Assembly: GCA_963700635.1 (NCBI GenBank)
Contig: CAVOYH010000003.1
Span: 896,001-960,000 of the forward strand
DNA: 64,000 nt
Source: an uncultured Bacteroidota bacterium
Lineage (GTDB): Bacteria; Bacteroidota; Ignavibacteria; UBA10030; UBA6906
Direction of reading: 5' to 3'
Position numbers and translations under genes: made by a program
In this document: positions 54,320 to 63,587 of the stretch, piece after piece
How the letters are laid out: each line of letters starts with the position of its first letter
Position numbering within the stretch: the first letter of the stretch is position 1
Notes under the pieces: generated by a model
The model's input: only the letters and a program-made list of their open reading frames with translations
Databases searched by the model: none
What the model was told of the DNA's origin: nothing

Positions 54320-56149
54320 ATGAAGCCGTTTCGGGATCGACTGCAGACCGAAGTGATCGTCTTTGATGGTGGTGTCGGGACGTATCTGTATGAAAAAGGA
54401 ATTTTCATCAACACATGCTTTGATGAATTGAACCTGACCAATCCGGACCTGGTAGCCGAGATCCACAGAGAATATGTGCAGGCGGGCGCGGATGTGATCG
54501 AAACGAATACCTTCGGCGCCAACCGGTTCAAACTCGCGCCGCACGGGCTCGAATCCCGTGTGTATGACATTAACCGGAAGGGGGCCGAGCTGGCAAAACG
54601 CGCGGCAGGCGACACCGTACTTGTCGCCGGATCGATGGGTCCGCTGGGCGTGCAGATTGAACCGATAGGCAAGCTCTCGTTTGGGGAGGCACGGGAGGTC
54701 TTTGTGGAGCAGATTCAGGGATTGCTGGACGGGGGTGTTGATCTTATCATTCTTGAAACATTCTCTCTGGCAAGCGAACTCATCCAGGCGATCCGTGCCA
54801 CGCGTGAACTCCGCCCCGATATTCCGCTTATCGCACAGGTCACCGTCAATGATGATGGAATGCTGCTCAGCGGCGCGCACCTCCAAGCGTTTGTGCGGGA
54901 GATAGAGAACGAAGCGATCGATGTATTCGGGCTGAACTGTTCCGTCGGTCCGAAGGCGATGCTGGACGCACTCGAGGCCCTCAAGACCTTTACCAAACTG
55001 CCGATTGCCGTGCAACCGAACGCGGGGATTCCCCAGAATGTCGGTGGACGCAACATCTATATGACCTCGCCGGAGTATATGGCCGAGTATGCGAAGCGGT
55101 TTATCCTCACGGGCGCAACGATTGTGGGTGGATGCTGCGGGACGAATCCCGGCCATATCCGGGCCATCCGCCGGGCAGTACAGGCCCTTCAACCGGGTAC
55201 GCGGATGGACCGCCCGACCGTTCAGATGAAGATCGCCGCGCCCGAAACGGTGAAAGTTGTTCCGCAACAGGAAAAGTCGCGTCTGGGCAACAAATTGGTA
55301 AAGAAACAGTTTGTCACGCTCGTGGAACTGGTTTCTCCCAAGGGAGTCTCCCCTGCGGCACAGGTGGAGAGGGCACGGCGGCTTCACCATTTTGGCATTG
55401 ACGGTATCAACATTCCTGACGGTCCGCGCGCCTCGGCGCGTATGTCGGCGCTTGCGCTCGGCGCAATCCTGCAGCGTGACGTGGGCATCGAGGTCGTGCT
55501 GCATTTTGCCTGCCGCGACCGGAACGTGATCGGGATGCAATCGGATCTGCTCGGTGCCTGGGCTCTCGGTATTCGGAATATCCTTGCCATTACCGGCGAT
55601 CCGCCCAAACTCGGCAACTATCCCCAGGCCACGGCGGTGTTCGACGTTGATGCGATCGGGTTGACGAACATCATCAATCGTCTGAATCACGGATTGGATC
55701 TTGCCGGAAATCCGATCGGTGAACCCACTGCGATGAGCATCGGCGTTGGCGTAAACCCCGGAGCAATCAATCTTGATGAAGAATTACGCCGTCTTGACTG
55801 GAAGATCGAAGCCGGGGCGGAATACATGATTACGCAACCGGTGTTCGATCCGCGCATCCTGGAGCAGTTTTTACACCGTATTGCCGGAGTGCACATTCCT
55901 CTGATCTGCGGAATATGGCCGCTTGTTTCATTCCGCAATGCGGAGTTTATGAACAATGAAGTTCCGGGGGCAAGCGTACCTGCGGAGATTCTCGATCGTA
56001 TGCGCCGGACAACCACAAAAGAAGAAGGATTCCTCGAAGGGGTGCGCATCGCCCGGGAAACCTATGCGCAGATACGCGGTGAAGTGGCCGGAGTCCAGCT
56101 CTCCGCACCCATGGGCAGAATTGAGGGGATCTTTTCTATACTGGAATAA
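54320..56149 (+). CDS. yitJ: Bifunctional homocysteine S-methyltransferase / methylenetetrahydrofolate reductase
   Basis: DGGVGT, ETNTFG, GLNCSVGP, PNAG, GGCCGT, CRDRN, ITGDP, TQP, NEVPG. Confidence 0.93.
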   Translation: MKPFRDRLQTEVIVFDGGVGTYLYEKGIFINTCFDELNLTNPDLVAEIHREYVQAGADVIETNTFGANRFKLAPHGLESRVYDINRKGAELAKRAAGDTVLVAGSMGPLGVQIEPIGKLSFGEAREVFVEQIQGLLDGGVDLIILETFSLASELIQAIRATRELRPDIPLIAQVTVNDDGMLLSGAHLQAFVREIENEAIDVFGLNCSVGPKAMLDALEALKTFTKLPIAVQPNAGIPQNVGGRNIYMTSPEYMAEYAKRFILTGATIVGGCCGTNPGHIRAIRRAVQALQPGTRMDRPTVQMKIAAPETVKVVPQQEKSRLGNKLVKKQFVTLVELVSPKGVSPAAQVERARRLHHFGIDGINIPDGPRASARMSALALGAILQRDVGIEVVLHFACRDRNVIGMQSDLLGAWALGIRNILAITGDPPKLGNYPQATAVFDVDAIGLTNIINRLNHGLDLAGNPIGEPTAMSIGVGVNPGAINLDEELRRLDWKIEAGAEYMITQPVFDPRILEQFLHRIAGVHIPLICGIWPLVSFRNAEFMNNEVPGASVPAEILDRMRRTTTKEEGFLEGVRIARETYAQIRGEVAGVQLSAPMGRIEGIFSILE

Positions 56150-56322
56150 CCGCCATTTGTACGGTCCTCTGATGGTATACAGTTGTGACGCCGGTGTGGA
56201 CGTGGTACACACCGGGCGGCACAATTCCTCCCGTTTCATCGAAACGGTGAAGATACTACATTCGTGAGCCGCGTCACACCCGTCCCACACCCCCACCACG
56301 CTCCCGATTAACCCCCTCCGAA

Positions 56323-56338
56323 CGGCACACTGTTTGAA
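56323..56338 (+). promoter_or_regulatory. Putative sigma54 promoter for the pilin-like triad
   Basis: CGGCACACTGTTTGAA: GG-N10-GA variant; palindrome CCGTTTC-ATC-GAAACGG at 56231-56247. Confidence 0.45.
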
Positions 56339-56379
56339 TCGTCTAAGCCCTGATGGACTAGTACACACACGAGGACCGC

Positions 56380-56904
56380 ATGGGATCAGGGCATACACTT
56401 CTCACACTTGGCGCTTTCTGCCTGCTGTCAACAATCCTGATCAATTTCTACGACATGACCGGTAGTGCCGGTGATGCGATCGGCACGGGTCAGGACGGAA
56501 TTTATCTGACCTCCCTCACGGCATCGTACATCGAAATGGCCCAGGGAATGGCCTTTGACCAGATTACCGACACGATGCATATCCCCCTGGCCGACATCAT
56601 GGCACTGACGTCCCCTTCACTGCTGGGTCCCGAATCCGGAGAGGATTCAATCTCCGAATTTAACGACTTTGATGATTTTGATGGATTCAGCATCGAGAAG
56701 GAGGCAGGGACATCCAACCGGCGTTACCACACCCAGTTTTCGGTGTTCTACGTTGATATGACCGATCTGGAAAAGACATCGGCGTCGCGCACATTTGTCA
56801 AACGGCTCGACATAAAAACGTGGCGAACCTTTCCCGTATCAGATGAAGGTCGGGTGGATACCCTTACCTCTTCCTCTATTATGGGTTACTTCCATTTTGA
56901 CTAA
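56380..56904 (+). CDS. Pilin-like protein (PilV-like), no prepilin leader
   Basis: N-terminal hydrophobic helix, long alpha1, FNDFDDFDG, KRLDIK; GAGGA RBS. Confidence 0.6.
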   Translation: MGSGHTLLTLGAFCLLSTILINFYDMTGSAGDAIGTGQDGIYLTSLTASYIEMAQGMAFDQITDTMHIPLADIMALTSPSLLGPESGEDSISEFNDFDDFDGFSIEKEAGTSNRRYHTQFSVFYVDMTDLEKTSASRTFVKRLDIKTWRTFPVSDEGRVDTLTSSSIMGYFHFD

Positions 56905-56916
56905 CCGGAACCGGTC

Positions 56917-57531
56917 ATGAACGAAATATTCGATTACCTGAGCTCGGTAATGATGGGCGGCATGCTTATGATAAACGTCATCACCGCCAATGACATCGCC
57001 AGTGAAACGTATTCCGTCTATGAAGGTGAGATGTCGGTACAGGAAATGCTGGTTACCACCGTACAGTCCCTGGAGGGGGAGTTCCGGAATATGGGGTACG
57101 GGGTTCCCGAGGAAGAACAATCGGTGTTGGCTGCCGACAGTACGAGCATTACGTTTCTGATCGACCTCGACCGGAACGGAGCTCCGCTCGATACGGTGCG
57201 CTATTTCACCGGCAGTTCTGCCGAACTGAGCTACACTGAGAACGAGCGTGACCGGTTCGTATACCGGACCGTGAATGGTGCCTCAGGCTTGAAAGTCGGT
57301 GTTGTGACACTTTTCCGTCTCCAGTACATCACCATGGGCGGCGAAGTAATGACATTTCCCGTGACAACGGATCGCCTGTCTGAAATCCATGAAGTTGAAA
57401 TCACAGTCGAAGTGCAGACCCCGTATGCTGTCCATGCCGCAGGAACAGGTGGTGTCGGAGCGAGCAACATGCTTCATTCCAGCTCCTACTGGCAGCAAAC
57501 GCGGCTTGCATCCCAGAATACCCGGAGGTAA
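56917..57531 (+). CDS. Pilin-like protein (PilW-like), no prepilin leader
   Basis: EFRNMGYG, ITFLIDLDRNG..DTVRY, YRTVNG, IHEVEITV, terminal SQN. Confidence 0.6.
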   Translation: MNEIFDYLSSVMMGGMLMINVITANDIASETYSVYEGEMSVQEMLVTTVQSLEGEFRNMGYGVPEEEQSVLAADSTSITFLIDLDRNGAPLDTVRYFTGSSAELSYTENERDRFVYRTVNGASGLKVGVVTLFRLQYITMGGEVMTFPVTTDRLSEIHEVEITVEVQTPYAVHAAGTGGVGASNMLHSSSYWQQTRLASQNTRR

Positions 57532-58823
57532 TGCTCGTGGGCGGAAAAGCCGGACTCATTCTTGTCATCGGCCTGTCAGCCATTCTCGGATATATCTCGT
57601 TGAATGTGCACGAACTGGCAACCAAAGCCGTCTCCAACATGGCCATGTATAACATCATGACGGCTTCTCACAACCTCGCCCTGGCGGGGGCGAACGCCCG
57701 CCTTGCGAAGTTCTATCAGGATACCAGCAATTTCGCGACCATCAGCAAAACCTTTACCGGGAAGAATTTCACCGGATCCTATGCGGCAGGGATTGAAGTG
57801 GTGAGCAGTTCCCGGCTCCGCTTGCGCAGTGTGTCGACCTATCCGATGGGCGGGGGCTCTTCGATCCGTGATACGGTGGAAGTATTTTTCGATCGTAACA
57901 AGAAGAACAGCTTTACGCTGTTTGCATGGATGACGGATTTTGAGGGAAACGTCTTCTGGATCAGCAAGGATACTGTATGGGGACGCGTCCACTCCAACGG
58001 GAACATACACATCAACGGCAGTCCCGTGTTCATGCGAAAAGCGACCACGGCCAAAGGGTTTGATCCTCCCAAGGTCGGCACCGGCACCAACAAGGCCATC
58101 TTCAAAGATGGCTACGAAACGGGAATCGCAAAAATCACATTCCCCAATGATCTTTCCGAAATTGCCACGGCCAGCGTCTCGGGCGGGCGGAAGTATATCG
58201 GCGACATCTATGTCACTCTCTCGCCGGGAACGGGAGCAAATAACGACGGTAAAGCGTACATACGCAGCGGAAATACCTCTTCCGGCCCGCTGATAGATTC
58301 CGTCAATCTTAACGATGTGGGATTTAACGGGGTCATCCTGGGCACAGGTCAGGTTAACGTGTCCGGGACGCTGGACGGCAAGCTGACCCTCACGTCGCAG
58401 ACAAATCTCTACATCCACGATAACGTTTTGTATGAACGGAATCCGCGTTTTACCACAAGCGATGATGTACTCGGCCTGGTGGCAGAAAACAATGTGGTTG
58501 TGAAAGACAATGCTGCAAACCGAAGCAACTGTGAGATTCATGCAAGTATTTTTACACGCTCCGGGTCCTTTATGGCAGAGAACTACAATTCGCTCCCCGT
58601 TTGTGGCGAACTGGATGTGCTCGGTTCCATTGTCCAGAAGACGCGTGGTGCGGTTGGCACATTCGCAGGCGGCGTCCTCAAGACGGGGTTTTCAAAACGG
58701 TACCGTTATGATGACCGGCTGGCCGACCAGGCATTTCGTCCGCCGTTTTATCCGGGATACTACGTCAGTACGTACGCAATTACGAACTGGTGGGAAAGTT
58801 ACCGGGTGATGCAGTTCGAGTAG
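57531..58823 (+). CDS. PilX-like protein with C-terminal beta-rich domain
   Basis: GGKAGLILVIG TM, NLALAGAN, GRVHSNG, GSIVQKTRGAVG, RYRYDDRL..PPFYP; TAATG coupling. Confidence 0.6.
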   Translation: MLVGGKAGLILVIGLSAILGYISLNVHELATKAVSNMAMYNIMTASHNLALAGANARLAKFYQDTSNFATISKTFTGKNFTGSYAAGIEVVSSSRLRLRSVSTYPMGGGSSIRDTVEVFFDRNKKNSFTLFAWMTDFEGNVFWISKDTVWGRVHSNGNIHINGSPVFMRKATTAKGFDPPKVGTGTNKAIFKDGYETGIAKITFPNDLSEIATASVSGGRKYIGDIYVTLSPGTGANNDGKAYIRSGNTSSGPLIDSVNLNDVGFNGVILGTGQVNVSGTLDGKLTLTSQTNLYIHDNVLYERNPRFTTSDDVLGLVAENNVVVKDNAANRSNCEIHASIFTRSGSFMAENYNSLPVCGELDVLGSIVQKTRGAVGTFAGGVLKTGFSKRYRYDDRLADQAFRPPFYPGYYVSTYAITNWWESYRVMQFE

Positions 58824-58897
58824 CAGGCGGCACGCGTTGCTTTTCGGGTGGGTTTTGTCGTACATTATACTAAACTCAACACCACCCGCGCGTGTTC

Positions 58898-61513
58898 ATG
58901 TCCACACCCCTCATGCGGCAATATGGCGAGATTAAGGCCCGGTATCCGGACACGATTCTCTTGTTTCGGATGGGTGACTTCTTTGAGACATTCGAAGAAG
59001 ATGCAAAAATCACTGCCCGTGTTCTTGGTATTACCCTGACCCGCCGTGGAAACGGTGCTTCCGGGGAAACTCCTCTCGCCGGTTTCCCGCATCACGCCCT
59101 TGACGCATACCTCCCGAAACTGCTCAAAGCAGGTCATCGTGTCGCAATTTGCCAGCAACTCGAAGATCCCAAACTTGCCAAGGGAATCGTCAAAAGGGAT
59201 GTTGTTGAAGTTGTCACGCCGGGAGTAGCCTTCTCGGAAAAGGTACTCGATCAGAAAAGGAACAATTTCCTCGCGGCAGTTGCGTTACCGGGCCCCCTGG
59301 CGACTGGCACAGACCGGGTGGGGCTGGCATTTGTTGACGTTTCGACGGCGGAATTCCGTGTTGCGGAACTTCCGCTGAAACAACTCGCGGAGCACATCGG
59401 CGCTCTGGAGCCCTCAGAACTCCTCGTACAACGCCGCGACCAGGCCACGCTGGAACACCTTCTTCGTAAAACGTTCGACGGCCTCTACACGAAAGTCGAT
59501 GACTGGGTCTTTAACGAAGACTACGCGCGGGATCTGCTCACCGGGCACTTCCAAACCCAGTCGCTCAAAGGGTTCGGAATTCAGGAGTATGTCATCGGGG
59601 TTGCCGCCGCGGGCGTGGTCCTGCATTACCTGCAGGAAACGCAGAAAACAAATCTGCTTCACATCCGGAAACTCTCCCCGTTCGATGTTGAAGATCATAT
59701 TGTGCTGGATCCCTCAACAAAGCGTAATCTGGAAATCACGGCATCGATGGCGGGTGAAGACGCGGGGACACTGTTCGCGGTGCTGGACAAGACGCGGACG
59801 GCGATGGGGGGGCGGATGCTCAAACGCTGGATCCATCAACCGCTTAATCGTCTCAGCCCGATCCAGGAACGGCGTGACGCGGTCACGGCGTTACGTTCAA
59901 ACAGCTCTGCGCTCAAGACCATTGCGGATCATCTCGCCCGGATCGGCGATCTGGAACGGCTCAGCGGGCGAATCTGCACCGGCCGGGCGGGTCCGCGGGA
60001 TCTTAATGCCCTTATGGGCATCCTCGTTGATGTGGACAACCTGCGCTCCACAACCGCACACCTGACGGCAGCAGCTCTGGTTACAATCCATGAACAACTT
60101 CAGCCGCTTCCGGATGTGGTGGCGATCATCGCTGCTGCCATCGAACATGATCCCCCCGCGGCACTTGCCGATGGCGGTGTTATCCGCAGGGGATATCACC
60201 CCCCGCTGGACGAACTCCGGGAACTGACAACAAGCGGGAAACGATGGATCGCGGATCTGCAGGTCCGGGAGCGCGAACGGACCGCCATCCCATCACTCAA
60301 GGTCGGATTTAACAATGTGTTCGGATACTATATTGAGATTACCAATACGCATAAAGATAAGGTTCCGCCCGAATACATCCGGAAACAGACCCTCACGGGT
60401 GCAGAACGATATGTTACGCCGGCGCTGAAAGAGTACGAGGAGAAAATTCTTCATGCCGAAGAACGAATCCTCGCGCTGGAAACCGAGCTGTTTACCGGGA
60501 TCCGGCTGAAGGTTGCACAGGAAGCCGACACGATTCAGACCAATGCCTCAGCGCTGGCCCGCCTGGATTGCCTTGCCTCTCTGGCTGAGATCGCCGAAGA
60601 ATATGACTATGTGTGTCCGGAAGTGAATGAAGGAACGGTCCTCGATATCACCGATGGGCGGCATCCGGTGATCGAGCGTCTTCTCCCCCCGGGCGAACAG
60701 TATGTTCCCAACTCCGTCCACCTGGATACGGCGGCAGAACAAATCCTGATCATCACCGGCCCCAATATGAGCGGTAAATCCAGCTACCTCCGGCAGGTCG
60801 GATTGATCGTCCTGCTCGCACAGATCGGAAGCCATGTCCCGGCACACCGGGCGGTCATCGGGGTTGTGGACAGAATCTTTACGCGGGTCGGTGCGAGTGA
60901 CAACATCGCGTCAGGTGAAAGCACGTTCCTCGTCGAAATGCACGAGGCTGCCCACATTGTGAACACCGCGACCCGCAGGAGTCTGATCCTCCTTGATGAA
61001 GTCGGGCGAGGTACAAGCACATTTGACGGCATCAGTATCGCCTGGTCGCTGACCGAATACCTCCACGAAAGGGTGGGCGCGCGGACTCTCTTTGCCACTC
61101 ACTACCATGAACTCAACGAACTGGCCGATCTATTTCCGAGAATACGAAACTTCAAGGTGGATGTGCGGGAATACGGGGACAAGATCGTGTTCTTGCACAA
61201 GGTCAATCCCGGTTTTGCGGACCATTCCTACGGCATCCAGGTGGCGCAAATGGCCGGCCTGCCAGACGAAATTACCGAACGTGCGAAACAACTTCTGAAA
61301 AATCTTGAGGGAACGGATCTGTCCATTCATGACGGTGAGGGCGAGCCCGAACGGAAACGGACCGGACGGAGTCCGGCCGCAAACGTACAACTCACGCTTT
61401 TCGAAATGAAGGATGACGCGATCCGCCGGAAACTCCAGACGCTGGATATCAATTCGCTGACGCCGGTGGAGGCGCTGACGATACTGGCCGCACTCAAAGA
61501 ACAGTCATCATGA
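58898..61513 (+). CDS. mutS: DNA mismatch repair protein MutS
   Basis: TPLMRQY, FRMGDFFE, GPNMSGKS, STFLVEM, DEVGRGT, FATHYHE, SYGIQVA. Confidence 0.99.
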   Translation: MSTPLMRQYGEIKARYPDTILLFRMGDFFETFEEDAKITARVLGITLTRRGNGASGETPLAGFPHHALDAYLPKLLKAGHRVAICQQLEDPKLAKGIVKRDVVEVVTPGVAFSEKVLDQKRNNFLAAVALPGPLATGTDRVGLAFVDVSTAEFRVAELPLKQLAEHIGALEPSELLVQRRDQATLEHLLRKTFDGLYTKVDDWVFNEDYARDLLTGHFQTQSLKGFGIQEYVIGVAAAGVVLHYLQETQKTNLLHIRKLSPFDVEDHIVLDPSTKRNLEITASMAGEDAGTLFAVLDKTRTAMGGRMLKRWIHQPLNRLSPIQERRDAVTALRSNSSALKTIADHLARIGDLERLSGRICTGRAGPRDLNALMGILVDVDNLRSTTAHLTAAALVTIHEQLQPLPDVVAIIAAAIEHDPPAALADGGVIRRGYHPPLDELRELTTSGKRWIADLQVRERERTAIPSLKVGFNNVFGYYIEITNTHKDKVPPEYIRKQTLTGAERYVTPALKEYEEKILHAEERILALETELFTGIRLKVAQEADTIQTNASALARLDCLASLAEIAEEYDYVCPEVNEGTVLDITDGRHPVIERLLPPGEQYVPNSVHLDTAAEQILIITGPNMSGKSSYLRQVGLIVLLAQIGSHVPAHRAVIGVVDRIFTRVGASDNIASGESTFLVEMHEAAHIVNTATRRSLILLDEVGRGTSTFDGISIAWSLTEYLHERVGARTLFATHYHELNELADLFPRIRNFKVDVREYGDKIVFLHKVNPGFADHSYGIQVAQMAGLPDEITERAKQLLKNLEGTDLSIHDGEGEPERKRTGRSPAANVQLTLFEMKDDAIRRKLQTLDINSLTPVEALTILAALKEQSS

Positions 61514-61553
61514 CCGGTTCACCGCCGGCAGTGTGCAAGAAAGGGAGATCCTT

Positions 61554-62051
61554 ATGACGTTGCAGGAGATCAAGACTCTTCACGCGTTTAATGCATGGGC
61601 GAGCAACCGGATCTTCGAGGCAACAGCGTCGTTGCCACCCGACCAGTATATGCGAGACATGAAGAGCAGCCATGGACACATCCATGGGACACTTCTCCAT
61701 ATGGTGGGGGCGGAAAAAATGTGGCTCGCACGGTGGCAGGATAAGGCCGAACCATTTCTTGCCGCAAAGGATGCGCCTTCCCACGAAGAGCTGTTCGCCC
61801 TCTGGCAGAGGGTTGGTTTTGACATGGCCAAATTTCTTGGGACGCTTACCGACAAAAAGCTCCAGGGCACATTCGTGATGAAAATGTCGAACGGCGCAAC
61901 CTTCGAACATATTCTGTGGCAGGCGTTCCAGCATGTTGTGGATCATTCCACGTATCACCGGGGTCAGATTGTGACAATGCTCCGTCAGCTTGGTATGACG
62001 CCTCCCGCAACCGGACTTATCGTGTTCTATCGTGAAACAGGCCGTCGGTGA
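61554..62051 (+). CDS. DinB family protein
   Basis: NAWASNR, TLLHM, HVVDHSTYHRGQ. Confidence 0.92.
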   Translation: MTLQEIKTLHAFNAWASNRIFEATASLPPDQYMRDMKSSHGHIHGTLLHMVGAEKMWLARWQDKAEPFLAAKDAPSHEELFALWQRVGFDMAKFLGTLTDKKLQGTFVMKMSNGATFEHILWQAFQHVVDHSTYHRGQIVTMLRQLGMTPPATGLIVFYRETGRR

Positions 62052-62067
62052 TCCGGACAGACTGATC

Positions 62068-62628
62068 ATGCGCACGGCACTTCTTGCGTTGAAGATTCTG
62101 GTGGGCGCCTACATCCTGTACATTCTCTATGTGCTGGCTACCGCGTATGCGCCGGGGGAACGCCCCACCAACCCTCCCCTCTTCCTGTTCATACTGGACA
62201 CCATTAACCTGTTCATTCACGAGGCCGGCCACTTTTTTACCATTCCGTTCGGTCAGGTGATCTATGTCCTTGGTGGGTCACTTGTCCAGGTGGCCTTACC
62301 TGCTGCGCTGCTTGTGGTAACATTGATGCAGCAGGCTCACCAAGCGCCGTATTCGGCGTTCTGGGTTGGTGAAAGTATGATCAACGTGAGCGTCTATATT
62401 GCCGATGCGCCCTACCGGAAGCTGCACCTGATCGGCCGGGGAACAAAACACGACTGGCACTGGCTGCTCTCGAATAACCTGGAAGCCGCCGAGCCTTTGT
62501 CCGTCATCGTCTACGTCGTCGGAATGGGAATCTGTATCGGCTCTCTCGTAGCATTTCTTACGTTCGCGGTGAGTGATTACCGTAATGCCTCTCCCTCAAT
62601 GGCGGGCGGGGCAGCCCGACGGGCCTGA
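62068..62628 (+). CDS. Membrane protein with HEXXH motif (M50-like)
   Basis: FIHEAGH, LGGSLVQ, YIADA, HDW; four to five TMs. Confidence 0.7.
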   Translation: MRTALLALKILVGAYILYILYVLATAYAPGERPTNPPLFLFILDTINLFIHEAGHFFTIPFGQVIYVLGGSLVQVALPAALLVVTLMQQAHQAPYSAFWVGESMINVSVYIADAPYRKLHLIGRGTKHDWHWLLSNNLEAAEPLSVIVYVVGMGICIGSLVAFLTFAVSDYRNASPSMAGGAARRA

Positions 62629-62716
62629 ATGTGCGTTTTCGGGCTGAAATGGTCGGTTTTCGGTATTGGAATTCCCTTCCCCAATCCGTACCTTAAATGA
62701 TACACTTTTACATGCC

Positions 62717-63577
62717 ATGGGACTCTATCCTCAGCCAAATAAGTGGTCGTGCGGTCCGTTCGCGCTGAAATACGCGCTCATCATGCTCGGGAAAATTGTT
62801 GATGAAAAGGACGTATCCCGAATTGCCGGAACGCACTGGTGGGCAGGGACGGACGAAATCAAACTCGGCCGAGCCGCCCGCGCGTACAACTGTGACCTTC
62901 GTATCGTACGCCGGACCAGTTCTCTCCGCGCAAAACGTGAAATTCAGCTTGCCCTGAAAAAGGGGTATCCCTGTCTGCTCTGTGTCGACGGGTGGGAGCA
63001 CTGGATCACCGTCGTTGGGGCTGAACGCGGGAAGTTTATTTCCGTTGACAGCCGGGAGGCGCCGGTTGTGCTGATCGACACGTGGCCCATGCTCGAGAAA
63101 CGCTGGGTCTACAAGGAAGCCGACGAGGATGATTCCACGCAAGAAAAACGGCTGTACGATCTGCATACGGTTGTCCCCCGGTTTCGTATGAGAACCAGGG
63201 CACGACTTTCGTTAAAACGCGCCCGGTACCTCCGGCGCCCGGAGAACAGGGCCTTTGCAACGCACTGGGATGAATACTTCAACGATATCACCACCATATG
63301 CACTCCCCGGACGCCGCTGAGCGAAAAGGTGATGACCATGGGTGAGTTTCTTCGCCGTCACGGTTCGATGTTAAAAAGTGAGATCGCGCACTGGCACGGC
63401 TCTGTGAGTCCTGAACAGATCGGCCGCATCCTCGGAAACCTGAAATTCATCGCCGAAACGTATGATCTCGTCATACGGGAAGAGAGTGAAAAGCACGCCA
63501 TTGTGGCCATCAGCGCAAATCTCGCGCTCTGGACGGCCAGCAAATACGGCGTGAACGAGATCTACGGTAACGAGTGA
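62717..63577 (+). CDS. Papain-like C39/phytochelatin-synthase-like peptidase with C-terminal extension
   Basis: QPNKWSCGP, WEHW, SVDS; promoter TTGGAA-17-TACCTT at 62666-62694. Confidence 0.75.
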   Translation: MGLYPQPNKWSCGPFALKYALIMLGKIVDEKDVSRIAGTHWWAGTDEIKLGRAARAYNCDLRIVRRTSSLRAKREIQLALKKGYPCLLCVDGWEHWITVVGAERGKFISVDSREAPVVLIDTWPMLEKRWVYKEADEDDSTQEKRLYDLHTVVPRFRMRTRARLSLKRARYLRRPENRAFATHWDEYFNDITTICTPRTPLSEKVMTMGEFLRRHGSMLKSEIAHWHGSVSPEQIGRILGNLKFIAETYDLVIREESEKHAIVAISANLALWTASKYGVNEIYGNE

Positions 63578-63587
63578 GAGTCGTTCG

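Noticed and set aside
54212-55690. 731-aa minus-strand ORF suggesting a long N-terminal extension of the esterase
   Set aside because: The extension is the antisense shadow of yitJ; the esterase has its own promoter directly before ATG 54211
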